From NCBI GenBank assembly GCA_963790205.1, contig CAWBNQ010000001.1:896001-960000 (forward strand): DNA of 64,000 nt, given 5' to 3'. This document shows positions 40,847 through 49,295 of this stretch, one piece after another; position 1 is the stretch's first letter; every line of letters starts with the position of its first letter. This DNA is from Nitrospirota bacterium (lineage in GTDB: Bacteria; Nitrospirota; UBA9217). The position numbers and the translations under genes are program-made. The notes under the pieces are model-generated. The model was not told the DNA's origin. It did not search any database and saw nothing but the letters and a program-made list of their open reading frames with translations.

Positions 40847-42181
40847 ATGTTCGACTCCCTGACGGGTAAATTAGAGTCTGTTTTCAAGAAGCTTCGCGGC
40901 AGGGGCGTCCTCAAGGAGGATGATGTCAAAGAGGCCATGCGCGAGGTGCGCCTGGCTCTGCTTGAGGCCGATGTAAACTTCAAGGTCGTCAAGGACTTCG
41001 TCGGCCGGGTCCAGGAGCGGGCCGTCGGGCAGGAAATCCTTTCGAGCCTCACCCCGGGCCAGCAGGTCATCAAGATCGTGCACGAAGAACTCGTGGCGCT
41101 TCTCGGCGGCACCCAGGCGAAGCTCCACCTGGCGCCCAACCCGCCTACCGTTATTATGATGGTGGGATTGCAGGGCTCGGGCAAGACCACTACCGCGGGC
41201 AAGCTCGCGAAGTCCTTTAAGAAAGACGGCAGGCGGGTCATGCTCGTACCGGCTGATACGCGAAGACCGGCCGCAATCCAGCAACTTGTCACTCTCGCGA
41301 AGCAGGTCGGGGTTGACGCCTATTCGTCGGACGAGAAGGACCCGGTTACCATCTGCCGCGGGGCGGTGAAACAAGCGGCTTCGTCCTTGTACGAGGTCGT
41401 GATCCTCGATACCGCGGGCAGGCTCCAGATCGACGAGCCGCTCATGGAAGAGCTCCGGCAGATCAAGGCCGGGGTACAGCCGCACGAGACGTTGTTCGTG
41501 GCCGATGCCATGACGGGCCAGGAAGCCGTTCACATCGCGGAGAAGTTCAATTCTTCTCTCGGGTTCGACGGCGTCGTTCTTACAAAACTCGACGGCGACG
41601 CCCGGGGCGGCGCTGCGCTCTCCGTCAGGGCTGTTACCGGCAAGCCGCTCAAGTTCGTTGGTATGGGCGAGAAGCTCGATGCCCTCGAGCCGTTCCATCC
41701 GGACCGCATGGCCTCGCGCATCCTGGGCATGGGCGACGTGATGTCGCTCATCGAGAAGGCCCAGGAGACCGTTGACCAGGAAGAAGCGCTTAAGCTCGCG
41801 AAGAAACTCAAGAAGAACTCCTTCGACCTGGAAGACTTCCGCAGCCAGCTGAAGCAGGTGAAGAAGCTCGGCGGGCTGGAATCGATCATGGGCATGATCC
41901 CCGGGATGGGCAAGATGAAGCTCCCGGATGCGCAGGTCAATGAAAAAGAGCTGACCAAGGTTGACGCGATCATCAGCTCCATGACCCCGAAAGAGCGGGC
42001 CGACTATATGGTCATCAACGGGAGCCGGAGGGCCCGCATCGCCAAGGGAAGCGGCACCCAGGTGCAGGACGTGAACCGGCTCCTGAAGCAGTTCGCCGAG
42101 ATGCGCAAGATGATGAAGGCAATGTCAAGCGGCAAGATGGGGAAGATGGGCAGGATGTTGGGCGGCAGGATGTCGTTTTAG
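40847..42181 (+). CDS. ffh: Signal recognition particle protein
   Basis: ALLEADV, GLQGSGKTT, DTAGR, TKLDGDARGGAALS, Met-rich M domain. Confidence 0.97.
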   Translation: MFDSLTGKLESVFKKLRGRGVLKEDDVKEAMREVRLALLEADVNFKVVKDFVGRVQERAVGQEILSSLTPGQQVIKIVHEELVALLGGTQAKLHLAPNPPTVIMMVGLQGSGKTTTAGKLAKSFKKDGRRVMLVPADTRRPAAIQQLVTLAKQVGVDAYSSDEKDPVTICRGAVKQAASSLYEVVILDTAGRLQIDEPLMEELRQIKAGVQPHETLFVADAMTGQEAVHIAEKFNSSLGFDGVVLTKLDGDARGGAALSVRAVTGKPLKFVGMGEKLDALEPFHPDRMASRILGMGDVMSLIEKAQETVDQEEALKLAKKLKKNSFDLEDFRSQLKQVKKLGGLESIMGMIPGMGKMKLPDAQVNEKELTKVDAIISSMTPKERADYMVINGSRRARIAKGSGTQVQDVNRLLKQFAEMRKMMKAMSSGKMGKMGRMLGGRMSF

Positions 42182-42184
42182 CGA

Positions 42185-42314
42185 CAAGCTCCAAATAACA
42201 AGCACCAAATGACAAATACATTCCAAATCTCAAACATCAAATTACAAACGCGTTGGAAATTGAAATTTGGGATTTGAATATTATTTGGGATTTGTTATTT
42301 GAAGTTTGGAATTT
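42185..42314. repeat. 7-nt periodic palindrome (CAAAT/ATTTG subfamily)
   Basis: About 9 CAANNNN units mirrored by about 9 TTTG/TTG units around acgcgt at ~42250. Confidence 0.85.
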
Positions 42315-42338
42315 TCTTTTAACGAAAGAGGTGAACAC

Positions 42339-42605
42339 ATGGCCGTAAAGATCAGACTTAAAAGAATGGGGACCCACAAGAAGCCGTACTATCGGCTTGT
42401 GGTTGCAGATTCCCGGTCGCCGAGAGACGGCCGCTTCATCGAGATGGTCGGCACCTACGACCCGCTCAAGAAGCCGGCGGAGATCAAGATCGACCAGACC
42501 AAGGCGCTCGACTGGCTCAAGAAGGGCGCGATTCCCTCCGATACGGCGAGGACCCTGCTCTCCAAGGTCGGCATCATGAAGCAGTTCGTCGAAGCGGCGA
42601 AATAA
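42339..42605 (+). CDS. rpsP: 30S ribosomal protein S16
   Basis: [11 protein letters not shown]...[20 protein letters not shown]. Confidence 0.97.
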   Translation: MAVKIRLKRMGTHKKPYYRLVVADSRSPRDGRFIEMVGTYDPLKKPAEIKIDQTKALDWLKKGAIPSDTARTLLSKVGIMKQFVEAAK

Positions 42606-42672
42606 ACCAGTGCGGAGCGGCGAGTGCGGAATGAAAGCGCAAGCCCGCATAGCAGCCGTAAAAACGGCACTC

Positions 42673-43176
42673 ATGCTCATAACGATCGGTAAAGCGGTCA
42701 AACCCTTCGGCGTCAAAGGCGAGATGAAGATCGAGCCCATGACGGATTTCCCGGAACGGTTCAAGGATTTGCGCCGCGTGTATCTGGTCTCTCCCGCGGG
42801 TACAGAGCTTGTCTGCGAGGTCCAATCATTACGGTATGCCGGCGGGGTTCCTTTTCTTCTCTTCAGCGGCTATGATTCGCCGGAGAAGGCAAAGACGCTG
42901 AACGGGTGGTTCCTCAAAGTCCCCGAGGAAGAGTCGGTCCCGCTTCCGGAAGGAAGCTATTACTGGTTCGAACTCGTCGGCATGGAGGTTGTTTCCGAAG
43001 GCGGCGAGAAGCTCGGCACGATCACTGAAGTCTTTGAGACGGGCAGCAACGATGTCTATGTTATGAAGCAGGGCGGGAAAGAGGTATACCTTCCCGCCAC
43101 GAAAGAGATCGTGAAACACATTGACCGGAAGGCGAAACGGATGGTCATCCATCTCGTAGACGGTCTCATGGATTGA
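42673..43176 (+). CDS. rimM: 16S rRNA processing protein RimM
   Basis: GVKGEMK, YYWFELVG, TGSNDVYV; alternative start at 42631. Confidence 0.93.
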   Translation: MLITIGKAVKPFGVKGEMKIEPMTDFPERFKDLRRVYLVSPAGTELVCEVQSLRYAGGVPFLLFSGYDSPEKAKTLNGWFLKVPEEESVPLPEGSYYWFELVGMEVVSEGGEKLGTITEVFETGSNDVYVMKQGGKEVYLPATKEIVKHIDRKAKRMVIHLVDGLMD

Positions 43177-43192
43177 TATCAGGCTGACGGCA

Positions 43193-43281
43193 CAAGGGCA
43201 ATGCAAATTGAAAATTTCAAGGTTTTTCGGCCATTGCCGGATTTTGCATTTTGAACGTTGCGCTTTTCACTTTTTGCATTT
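43193..43281. repeat. Degenerate 7-nt periodic palindrome
   Basis: aatgcaaattgaaaatttcaa ... ttttgcattttgaacgttgcgcttttcactttttgca. Confidence 0.55.
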
Positions 43282-43314
43282 TATTCTTCGGTTCTTCGTG
43301 ATGCGGTCTGAGCT

Positions 43315-44055
43315 ATGAGAACATTGAACTTCGATGTGCTCACCCTGTTCCCGGGTATGCTTGAGGGACCGCTGAACGAGAGCATCCTCAAGCGCGGCCG
43401 GGAAAAAGGGCTCTTGAACGTAACGGTCCGGAACATCCGGGACTATACGGAAGACAAACACAAGACCGCCGACGACAGTCCCTACGGAGGCGGCGCGGGC
43501 ATGGTGCTCAAGCCCGAACCGATCTTCAAAGCGTTCGAGACGTTGAAAACCGAGCGTCCCGGAGAAGAGCTTCTGGCGATCCTGCTTTCCCCCCAGGGAA
43601 GGCTTTTTCATCAGCGTCGGGCGGAAGAGCTTTCCGAGGAAAAGCGAAGGATTGTTCTGCTCTGCGGCCACTACGAGGCCATCGATGAGCGCGTCATCGA
43701 TACGCTCGTGGATGAAGAGCTCTCGATCGGCGACTATGTGCTTACCGGCGGGGAGCTGGCGGCACTGGTCGTGATCGATGCCGTAACCCGGCTTCTGCCG
43801 GGAGTCCTGGGTGATGAGGAGTCGGCCTATCGCGATTCTTTCGGCGACGGGTTGCTCGACCATCCGCATTATACGCGGCCTGCCGAGTTCCGGGGCATGA
43901 AGGTGCCGGACGTTCTGCTTTCCGGGAACCACGCGGAGATCGAGAAGTGGCGGCGGCGCGAGGCGCTCAAGGCAACGCTGGGAAAGAGACCGGAGCTTCT
44001 CGAAACCGCGGACTTGGCCGATGAGGACCGGAAGATACTGGAAGAGCTGAAATGA
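43315..44055 (+). CDS. trmD: tRNA (guanine-N1)-methyltransferase
   Basis: DDSPYGGGAGMVLKPEP, CGHYEAIDER, SIGDYVLTGGE, PHYTRP. Confidence 0.97.
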   Translation: MRTLNFDVLTLFPGMLEGPLNESILKRGREKGLLNVTVRNIRDYTEDKHKTADDSPYGGGAGMVLKPEPIFKAFETLKTERPGEELLAILLSPQGRLFHQRRAEELSEEKRRIVLLCGHYEAIDERVIDTLVDEELSIGDYVLTGGELAALVVIDAVTRLLPGVLGDEESAYRDSFGDGLLDHPHYTRPAEFRGMKVPDVLLSGNHAEIEKWRRREALKATLGKRPELLETADLADEDRKILEELK

Positions 44056-44071
44056 GAGATGAACAAAACAT

Positions 44072-44193
44072 AAGCACCAATAGTCAAGCACCAAATGACA
44101 AATAAGTTCCAAATTCCAAATTCAAATGGTTGGTAATTTGGTCATTGTGTTTTTTGGATTTATTTGAGATTTGGGATTTGTAATTTGGAATTT
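44072..44193. repeat. 7-nt periodic palindrome (CAAAT/ATTTG subfamily)
   Basis: Shares CAAGCACCAAATGACAAATA with 42199-42218 and ATTTGTAATTTGGAATTT with 47874-47891. Confidence 0.85.
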
Positions 44194-44215
44194 ATTCAGT
44201 AACGGGAGGTTTGCA

Positions 44216-44611
44216 ATGAACATCATACAATCGTTGGAAAAGGCGCAGTTGAAAGAAGGGATTCCGAGCTTCCGCGTGGGCGACACCGTCCGCGTTCATG
44301 CGAAGGTCGTCGAAGGCGACAAGGAAAGGATCCAGGTCTACGAAGGCGTGGTGATCGGCCGCCAGGGCGAAGGCGCGCGCGAAGTCATCCGGGTCCGGAA
44401 ACTCTCCTACGGCGTGGGCGTTGAGAGGCTCTTTCCGCTCCACTCGCCGATGATCGACAAGATCGAGCTTGCCAAACAGGGCAAGGTCCGGAGAGCGAAG
44501 CTGTACTTCCTCAGAGAGCTGCGCGGCAAGGCCGCCAGGATCAAAGAGAAGGAGCGCGCCCTGGCATCGGTAGCCGGCGCAACCCAGGCGGACGCAGCGG
44601 AACAGAAGTAG
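44216..44611 (+). CDS. rplS: 50S ribosomal protein L19
   Basis: [36 protein letters not shown]. Confidence 0.97.
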   Translation: MNIIQSLEKAQLKEGIPSFRVGDTVRVHAKVVEGDKERIQVYEGVVIGRQGEGAREVIRVRKLSYGVGVERLFPLHSPMIDKIELAKQGKVRRAKLYFLRELRGKAARIKEKERALASVAGATQADAAEQK

Positions 44612-44616
44612 CCGGA

Positions 44617-44705
44617 CAAGCTCGAAGCACGAAGCTCGAAATCCTAAACAGGTGTACGGCCGGAACCGTCTTTGTTTAGGATTTCGTGTTTAGAAATTCG
44701 AATTT
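44617..44705. repeat. 7-nt periodic palindrome (GAAGCNC type)
   Basis: caagctc gaagcac gaagctc gaaatcc taaaca / tgtttaggatttcgtgtttagaaattcgaattt. Confidence 0.75.
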
Positions 44706-44724
44706 ACCTTCGATAGAGGTCCCT

Positions 44725-45414
44725 ATGCCCCGTGGCCGGTCCCGCCCGGGGGCGCATCCAGCCAAGACCGGCGACCTGTTCGGCAGCGAGCTGAAGTGCG
44801 ATCCCCTGTTCTTCGAAGCCCGCGCGCGCGCGTCCGGCTTCACCTGCATCGCGGGATTGGACGAGGCCGGCAGGGGACCGCTGGCCGGACCGGTGGTGGC
44901 CGCCGCCGTGGTGCTTCCGGAGGGCCTTCTGATCCCGGGGCTCACCGATTCCAAGCAGGTTCCGGAGCAGGAGCGGGAACGCCTCTTCGTTGTTATACAG
45001 GAACAAGCGGTCTGTTACGGCATCGGCGTTGTTGACGAGCAAACGATCGACGAGGTGAACATCCTTCAGGCGACGATCATCGCCATGGAACGGGCCCTCG
45101 CACCTCTCGATCCCCGGCCTGATTACCTGCTGCTCGATGCGATCACCCTTCCGCGCATCCCGCTTCCGCAGAACCCTCTCATTAAAGGCGATAGCCGCAG
45201 TCACAGCATTTCAGCGGCCTCGATCCTCGCCAAGGTGACCCGGGACCGGTTGATGCTGAAACTCCACGAGAAATATCCCCAATACAATTTTCGGAAACAT
45301 AAAGGGTACGGGACCAGCGAGCACCTTGCCCTGCTGCGGGAGCATGGGCCCTGCGACGCGCACCGGAAGACCTTTAATCCCGTTGCACGGATGCTGCGAG
45401 GCGGGGTTCGATGA
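44725..45414 (+). CDS. rnhB: Ribonuclease HII
   Basis: GLDEAGRGPLAGPVVAAAV, DSK, IKGD, SISAASILAKV, HKGYGT. Confidence 0.95.
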   Translation: MPRGRSRPGAHPAKTGDLFGSELKCDPLFFEARARASGFTCIAGLDEAGRGPLAGPVVAAAVVLPEGLLIPGLTDSKQVPEQERERLFVVIQEQAVCYGIGVVDEQTIDEVNILQATIIAMERALAPLDPRPDYLLLDAITLPRIPLPQNPLIKGDSRSHSISAASILAKVTRDRLMLKLHEKYPQYNFRKHKGYGTSEHLALLREHGPCDAHRKTFNPVARMLRGGVR

Positions 45415-45785
45415 GCCTCTTCAAAAAAAAGCTCGGGAGGGAGGGCGAGGACCGTGCCGCACAGTTTTTGGCCAAGCAAGGCTATAAAATCCTGGAACGG
45501 AATTACAGCACCCGCAGCGGCGAGATCGACCTCGTTGCCTTGCACAACGGGGAAGTGGTCTTCGTCGAGGTGAAAACAAGATCGAGCGATGCCTACGGCG
45601 CGCCGGAGCTTGCGGTCAATCCGCAAAAACAACGACGGATGGTCAAGGCGGCGCTCGGCTATATCAAATATAAAAAGCTTCACCAGATGCCGTGCCGGTT
45701 CGACGTGGTGGCCATCACCGCCGCGGCCGAGAACGGGGTGGAACTCATTCAGAACGCGTTCGAGATAGACCGGACGAATCTTTAG
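45411..45785 (+). CDS. yraN: YraN family protein
   Basis: GEIDLVA, VFVEVKTR, RFDVVAI. Confidence 0.9.
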   Translation: MSLFKKKLGREGEDRAAQFLAKQGYKILERNYSTRSGEIDLVALHNGEVVFVEVKTRSSDAYGAPELAVNPQKQRRMVKAALGYIKYKKLHQMPCRFDVVAITAAAENGVELIQNAFEIDRTNL

Positions 45786-45962
45786 TACGGCAAACGTTAA
45801 ATAACAGTCCATTCCAATTATCAGAATCAAATTTCAAACAATCGGAATTGATCATCGCAGAGTGACTAAAAAGTAGGTTTTTGTCAGCATTCGTCCTATG
45901 AAATGTGATGCAATCATATTTTGCATTGTCAAAGCCGCCATGATCGTGGTATAGTGTTTCTT

Positions 45963-46196
45963 ATGGAAACAACGCTTACCTACAGAATAATGCTTCGACC
46001 TGAACCGGAGGGCGGTTATACGGTCATTGTGCCCACTCTTCCCGGATGCGTGACCTATGGCGCAACAAAGGAAGAAGCGAACAGAATGGCGGAAGACGCC
46101 ATACGGGCTTATCTCGAAAGTATGAAAAAGCACGGCGAGGAGATTGTGGACGATTCCGAAACCGACGAAAGCTTTATCAACTTGAAATATGCCTAA
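45963..46196 (+). CDS. hicB: HicB family antitoxin (short, no DNA-binding domain)
   Basis: EGGYTVIVPTLPGCVTYGAT.EEA...DAI. Confidence 0.88.
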   Translation: METTLTYRIMLRPEPEGGYTVIVPTLPGCVTYGATKEEANRMAEDAIRAYLESMKKHGEEIVDDSETDESFINLKYA

Positions 46197-46392
46197 ACTG
46201 TCCGTGCTTACGTCAGAAGGGGTCATAAAACTCCTTTTGGAAAATGGCTTCGAACTTGATCATCAAACAGGCAGTCATAAAGTCTATTACAATCCGTCAA
46301 CGAAGAAAAGAGCTGTGGTGCCTTACCACAAAAGAGACCTCCCCAAAGGAACCTTGTCGTCTATCCTCAAACAGGCAGGTTTGAGGGACTGA
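46189..46392 (+). CDS. hicA: HicA family toxin
   Basis: GF...QTGSH, VVPYH.RDLPKGTLSSILKQAGL. Confidence 0.9.
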   Translation: MPKLSVLTSEGVIKLLLENGFELDHQTGSHKVYYNPSTKKRAVVPYHKRDLPKGTLSSILKQAGLRD

Positions 46393-46431
46393 TTAAACTC
46401 CCTCGCGCTCTCTTGTGTATTCTCCTGCATT

Positions 46432-47757
46432 ATGAAACCGGTAGTGGCAAAGAAAACGTATAAAATAGGAATGGTCAGCCTGGGGTGCCCTAAGAACCAG
46501 GTGGATGCCGAGCAGATGCTCGGTGTGCTTTCGAGCTCGGGTTTCGAGATCACCCCGGACCAGGGCGAAGCGGACGTGATCGTGGTGAATACCTGCGGGT
46601 TCATCGAGTCCGCCAAGGAAGAATCCATAGAAGCGATCCTTGACGCGGCGAAGATGAAGGGCCGGGGCCGCCGCGCAAAGGTAATTGTGACGGGCTGCCT
46701 GGCCCAGCGGTATAAGGGCGAGCTCCTGAAAGAGCTTCCCGAGGCCGACGCCGTGATCGGCACGGGCGAGATCGCACGCATCGGAGAAATCTGCGAGCGT
46801 GCGCTGTCGGGCGCGGAACGCATGCTGGATGTTTCAGCGCCGGCCCTGGTCTACGGCCTCCCCCGGGTGAGCACGACGCCCCGTCATTACCGCTATCTCA
46901 AGATCGCTGAAGGATGCAGCAACCGATGCTCATACTGCGCGATCCCGATCATCCGCGGGAATTTCAAGAGCAGGCCCTATGAATCGATCCTTGAAGAAGC
47001 GCGCAGGCTCGCTGGCGAGGGCGCAAAGGAACTCATCCTTCTGGCCCAGGATTCTACGGCGTACCGTGACGGCGAGGCCGACCTTCCCCTGCTTCTGAAG
47101 GCGCTGACGCGGCTCCGCGGTATCGAGTGGGTGCGCCTCATGTATGCCTACCCCGGCAGGATCAGCGAGACGCTCATGGCCGTCATGGCGGAAGAAGAAA
47201 AGATCTGCAAGTATCTTGACATTCCGATCCAGCATTTCGACGACAAGGTGCTCAAAGCAATGAACCGGCGCGGGACGTCTGAAGATATCAGGAAGACCAT
47301 CGAACAGCTGCGAAAACGCGTGCCCGGCATTGCGCTTCGCACGTCGCTCATCGTCGGGTTCCCCGGAGAGACCGAAGCGGCGTTCAAGAGGATGCTCTCG
47401 TTCATTCAAGAAACGGAATTCGAACACCTCGGCGTTTTTCCCTATTCCGCGGAAGAGGGGACGGCGGCATGCGGGCTCAAAGCGCTGGTCCCGGCCGAAA
47501 CCGCAGCCGACCGGCTGGACCGCATCATGAAGGCCCAGGCAAAGATCTCGCTCAGGAAGAACCGCGCGCTCATCGGGTCGCAGCAGCGCGTGCTGATCGA
47601 CGGCATGGAGGACCTGGCCTTGATCGGCAGGCTCCAGGCGCAGGCGCCGGAGATCGACGGCGTGGTGTATCTTTCCGAGACCGAGGCGGAGTCCGGGGAA
47701 TTCGTGGACGTGACGATCACCGATGCGACGGAGTATGACCTGATGGGGAAGGTATAA
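46432..47757 (+). CDS. rimO: Ribosomal protein S12 methylthiotransferase
   Basis: SLGCPKNQVD, NTCGFI, YLKIAEGCSNRCSYC, APEIDG TRAM domain. Confidence 0.95.
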   Translation: MKPVVAKKTYKIGMVSLGCPKNQVDAEQMLGVLSSSGFEITPDQGEADVIVVNTCGFIESAKEESIEAILDAAKMKGRGRRAKVIVTGCLAQRYKGELLKELPEADAVIGTGEIARIGEICERALSGAERMLDVSAPALVYGLPRVSTTPRHYRYLKIAEGCSNRCSYCAIPIIRGNFKSRPYESILEEARRLAGEGAKELILLAQDSTAYRDGEADLPLLLKALTRLRGIEWVRLMYAYPGRISETLMAVMAEEEKICKYLDIPIQHFDDKVLKAMNRRGTSEDIRKTIEQLRKRVPGIALRTSLIVGFPGETEAAFKRMLSFIQETEFEHLGVFPYSAEEGTAACGLKALVPAETAADRLDRIMKAQAKISLRKNRALIGSQQRVLIDGMEDLALIGRLQAQAPEIDGVVYLSETEAESGEFVDVTITDATEYDLMGKV

Positions 47758-47762
47758 GAAGT

Positions 47763-47891
47763 AAGCACCAAATTTCAAGAACCAAATAACAAATAAGCTC
47801 CAAGCACCAATAACGAAATTCAAAGCGTTTCGGTACTTGTGATTTTGAATTTGGATATTATTTGAAATCTGTTATTTGTAATTTGGAATTT
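47763..47891. repeat. 7-nt periodic palindrome (CAAAT/ATTTG subfamily)
   Basis: aagcaccaaatttcaagaaccaaataacaaataagctcc ... tattatttgaaatctgttatttgtaatttggaattt. Confidence 0.85.
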
Positions 47892-47910
47892 TCTCAAGGA
47901 AGGGACTTTT

Positions 47911-49122
47911 ATGGATATCGACAACCACGCAACGGAAGAAGCAAACAGCGAAGAGAACTTCGCGGAAATGTTCGAGAAGAGCTTCAAAAAGCAGGGACGG
48001 CTCGAGCCGGGCCAGATGGTCGAGGCGATGATCGTCAAGATCTCGGGAGAATGGATCTTCCTCGATCTCGGCGGAAAGGGAGAGGGCTATCTCGACCGGA
48101 AAGAGCTGGCCGACGAGTCGGGGACGCTGACCGTGAAAGAGGGCGACACGGTCCGCGCCTACTTCGCGTCTTCGGAAAACAACGAGATGCATTTTACGAC
48201 CAAGATCGGATCGGGCCCCGGGAAACAGACGCAGATCGAAGACGCCTGGAACAACGGGATCCCGGTCGACGGCACGGTGGTGAAGGAAATGAAGGGCGGG
48301 TTCGAGATCAAGATCGGCGGCAGCGTGCGCGCCTTCTGCCCCTTTTCCCAGATGGGAACCCGGCGGGAGGAGCAGCCGTCCGAGTATATCGGACGGTCCC
48401 TGACCTTCAAGATCATCGAGTACGGCGAGAACGGCAGGAACATCGTTCTTTCGCGGAGGCCCATTCTCGATGAAGAAAAGAGGAACAAAAAAGAAGCATT
48501 GAAAGAAACGCTCAAAGAGGGGATGAAGGTCAGGGGAAAAGTGACCTCTCTTCAGAAATTCGGCGCTTTCGTGGATATCGGCGGCGTCGAGGGCCTGCTT
48601 CCCATCTCCGAGATCGCCTGGACCAGGACCGAGAAGGTGGGCGACATCCTCTCCGTGGGGCAGGAAGTCGAAGTGATCATCAAGAAGATTGATTGGGAGC
48701 ATGACCGGTTTTCCTTCAGCCTGAAGGACGCCCTGCCCGATCCGTGGGCCAGCGCTGCGGAGATTTTTTCGGTCGGTTCCTATCACATGGGGACCGTTTC
48801 CCGCCTTGCTCCCTTCGGCGCCTTCGTAACGCTGAAGGAAGGAGTGGACGGCCTTATCCATATTTCCAAACTGGGCGCAGGCCGGCGGATCAATCATCCG
48901 CGCGAGGTCGTCAAAGAGGGTCAGACCGTCGAGGTGCAGGTGGAAGCTGTTGACCCGGCGAACAGAAAGCTTTCGCTCTCGCTGGCCGAGATCAGCCGTG
49001 CAGAGGAAGAGGAAGCCGCCACGCTGAAGGAGTATAAGCAGCAAGCGGCATCAGAGCCCAAGAACATGGGCACCCTGGGTGATCTTCTGAAGGCAAAGGG
49101 CGGGGATAAAGAGGAAAAATAG
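47911..49122 (+). CDS. rpsA: 30S ribosomal protein S1-like protein (four S1 domains)
   Basis: FGAFVDIGGVEGLL, FGAFVTL...DGLIHIS, GTLGDLL tail; 403 aa, may be a paralog. Confidence 0.75.
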   Translation: MDIDNHATEEANSEENFAEMFEKSFKKQGRLEPGQMVEAMIVKISGEWIFLDLGGKGEGYLDRKELADESGTLTVKEGDTVRAYFASSENNEMHFTTKIGSGPGKQTQIEDAWNNGIPVDGTVVKEMKGGFEIKIGGSVRAFCPFSQMGTRREEQPSEYIGRSLTFKIIEYGENGRNIVLSRRPILDEEKRNKKEALKETLKEGMKVRGKVTSLQKFGAFVDIGGVEGLLPISEIAWTRTEKVGDILSVGQEVEVIIKKIDWEHDRFSFSLKDALPDPWASAAEIFSVGSYHMGTVSRLAPFGAFVTLKEGVDGLIHISKLGAGRRINHPREVVKEGQTVEVQVEAVDPANRKLSLSLAEISRAEEEEAATLKEYKQQAASEPKNMGTLGDLLKAKGGDKEEK

Positions 49123-49295
49123 CTCAGCTCGGCGATGACATGCCGATCGGATCTAGCAATCATTCAGGCTCCCTCCTCGTTCTTTATAAAAAGGATTAAC
49201 ACCTTATCCGTCAGACGGATCTACTCTCCCCCCGCGATCATGAAAAATCACGGTTAGCTCCTTCGGTCTTAACAATTCATGATAGACTTATTGCC

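Noticed and set aside
42185..47891. CRISPR array interpretation of the AT-rich repeats
   Set aside because: Units are 7 nt and degenerate, there are no unique spacers, and no cas genes are present.
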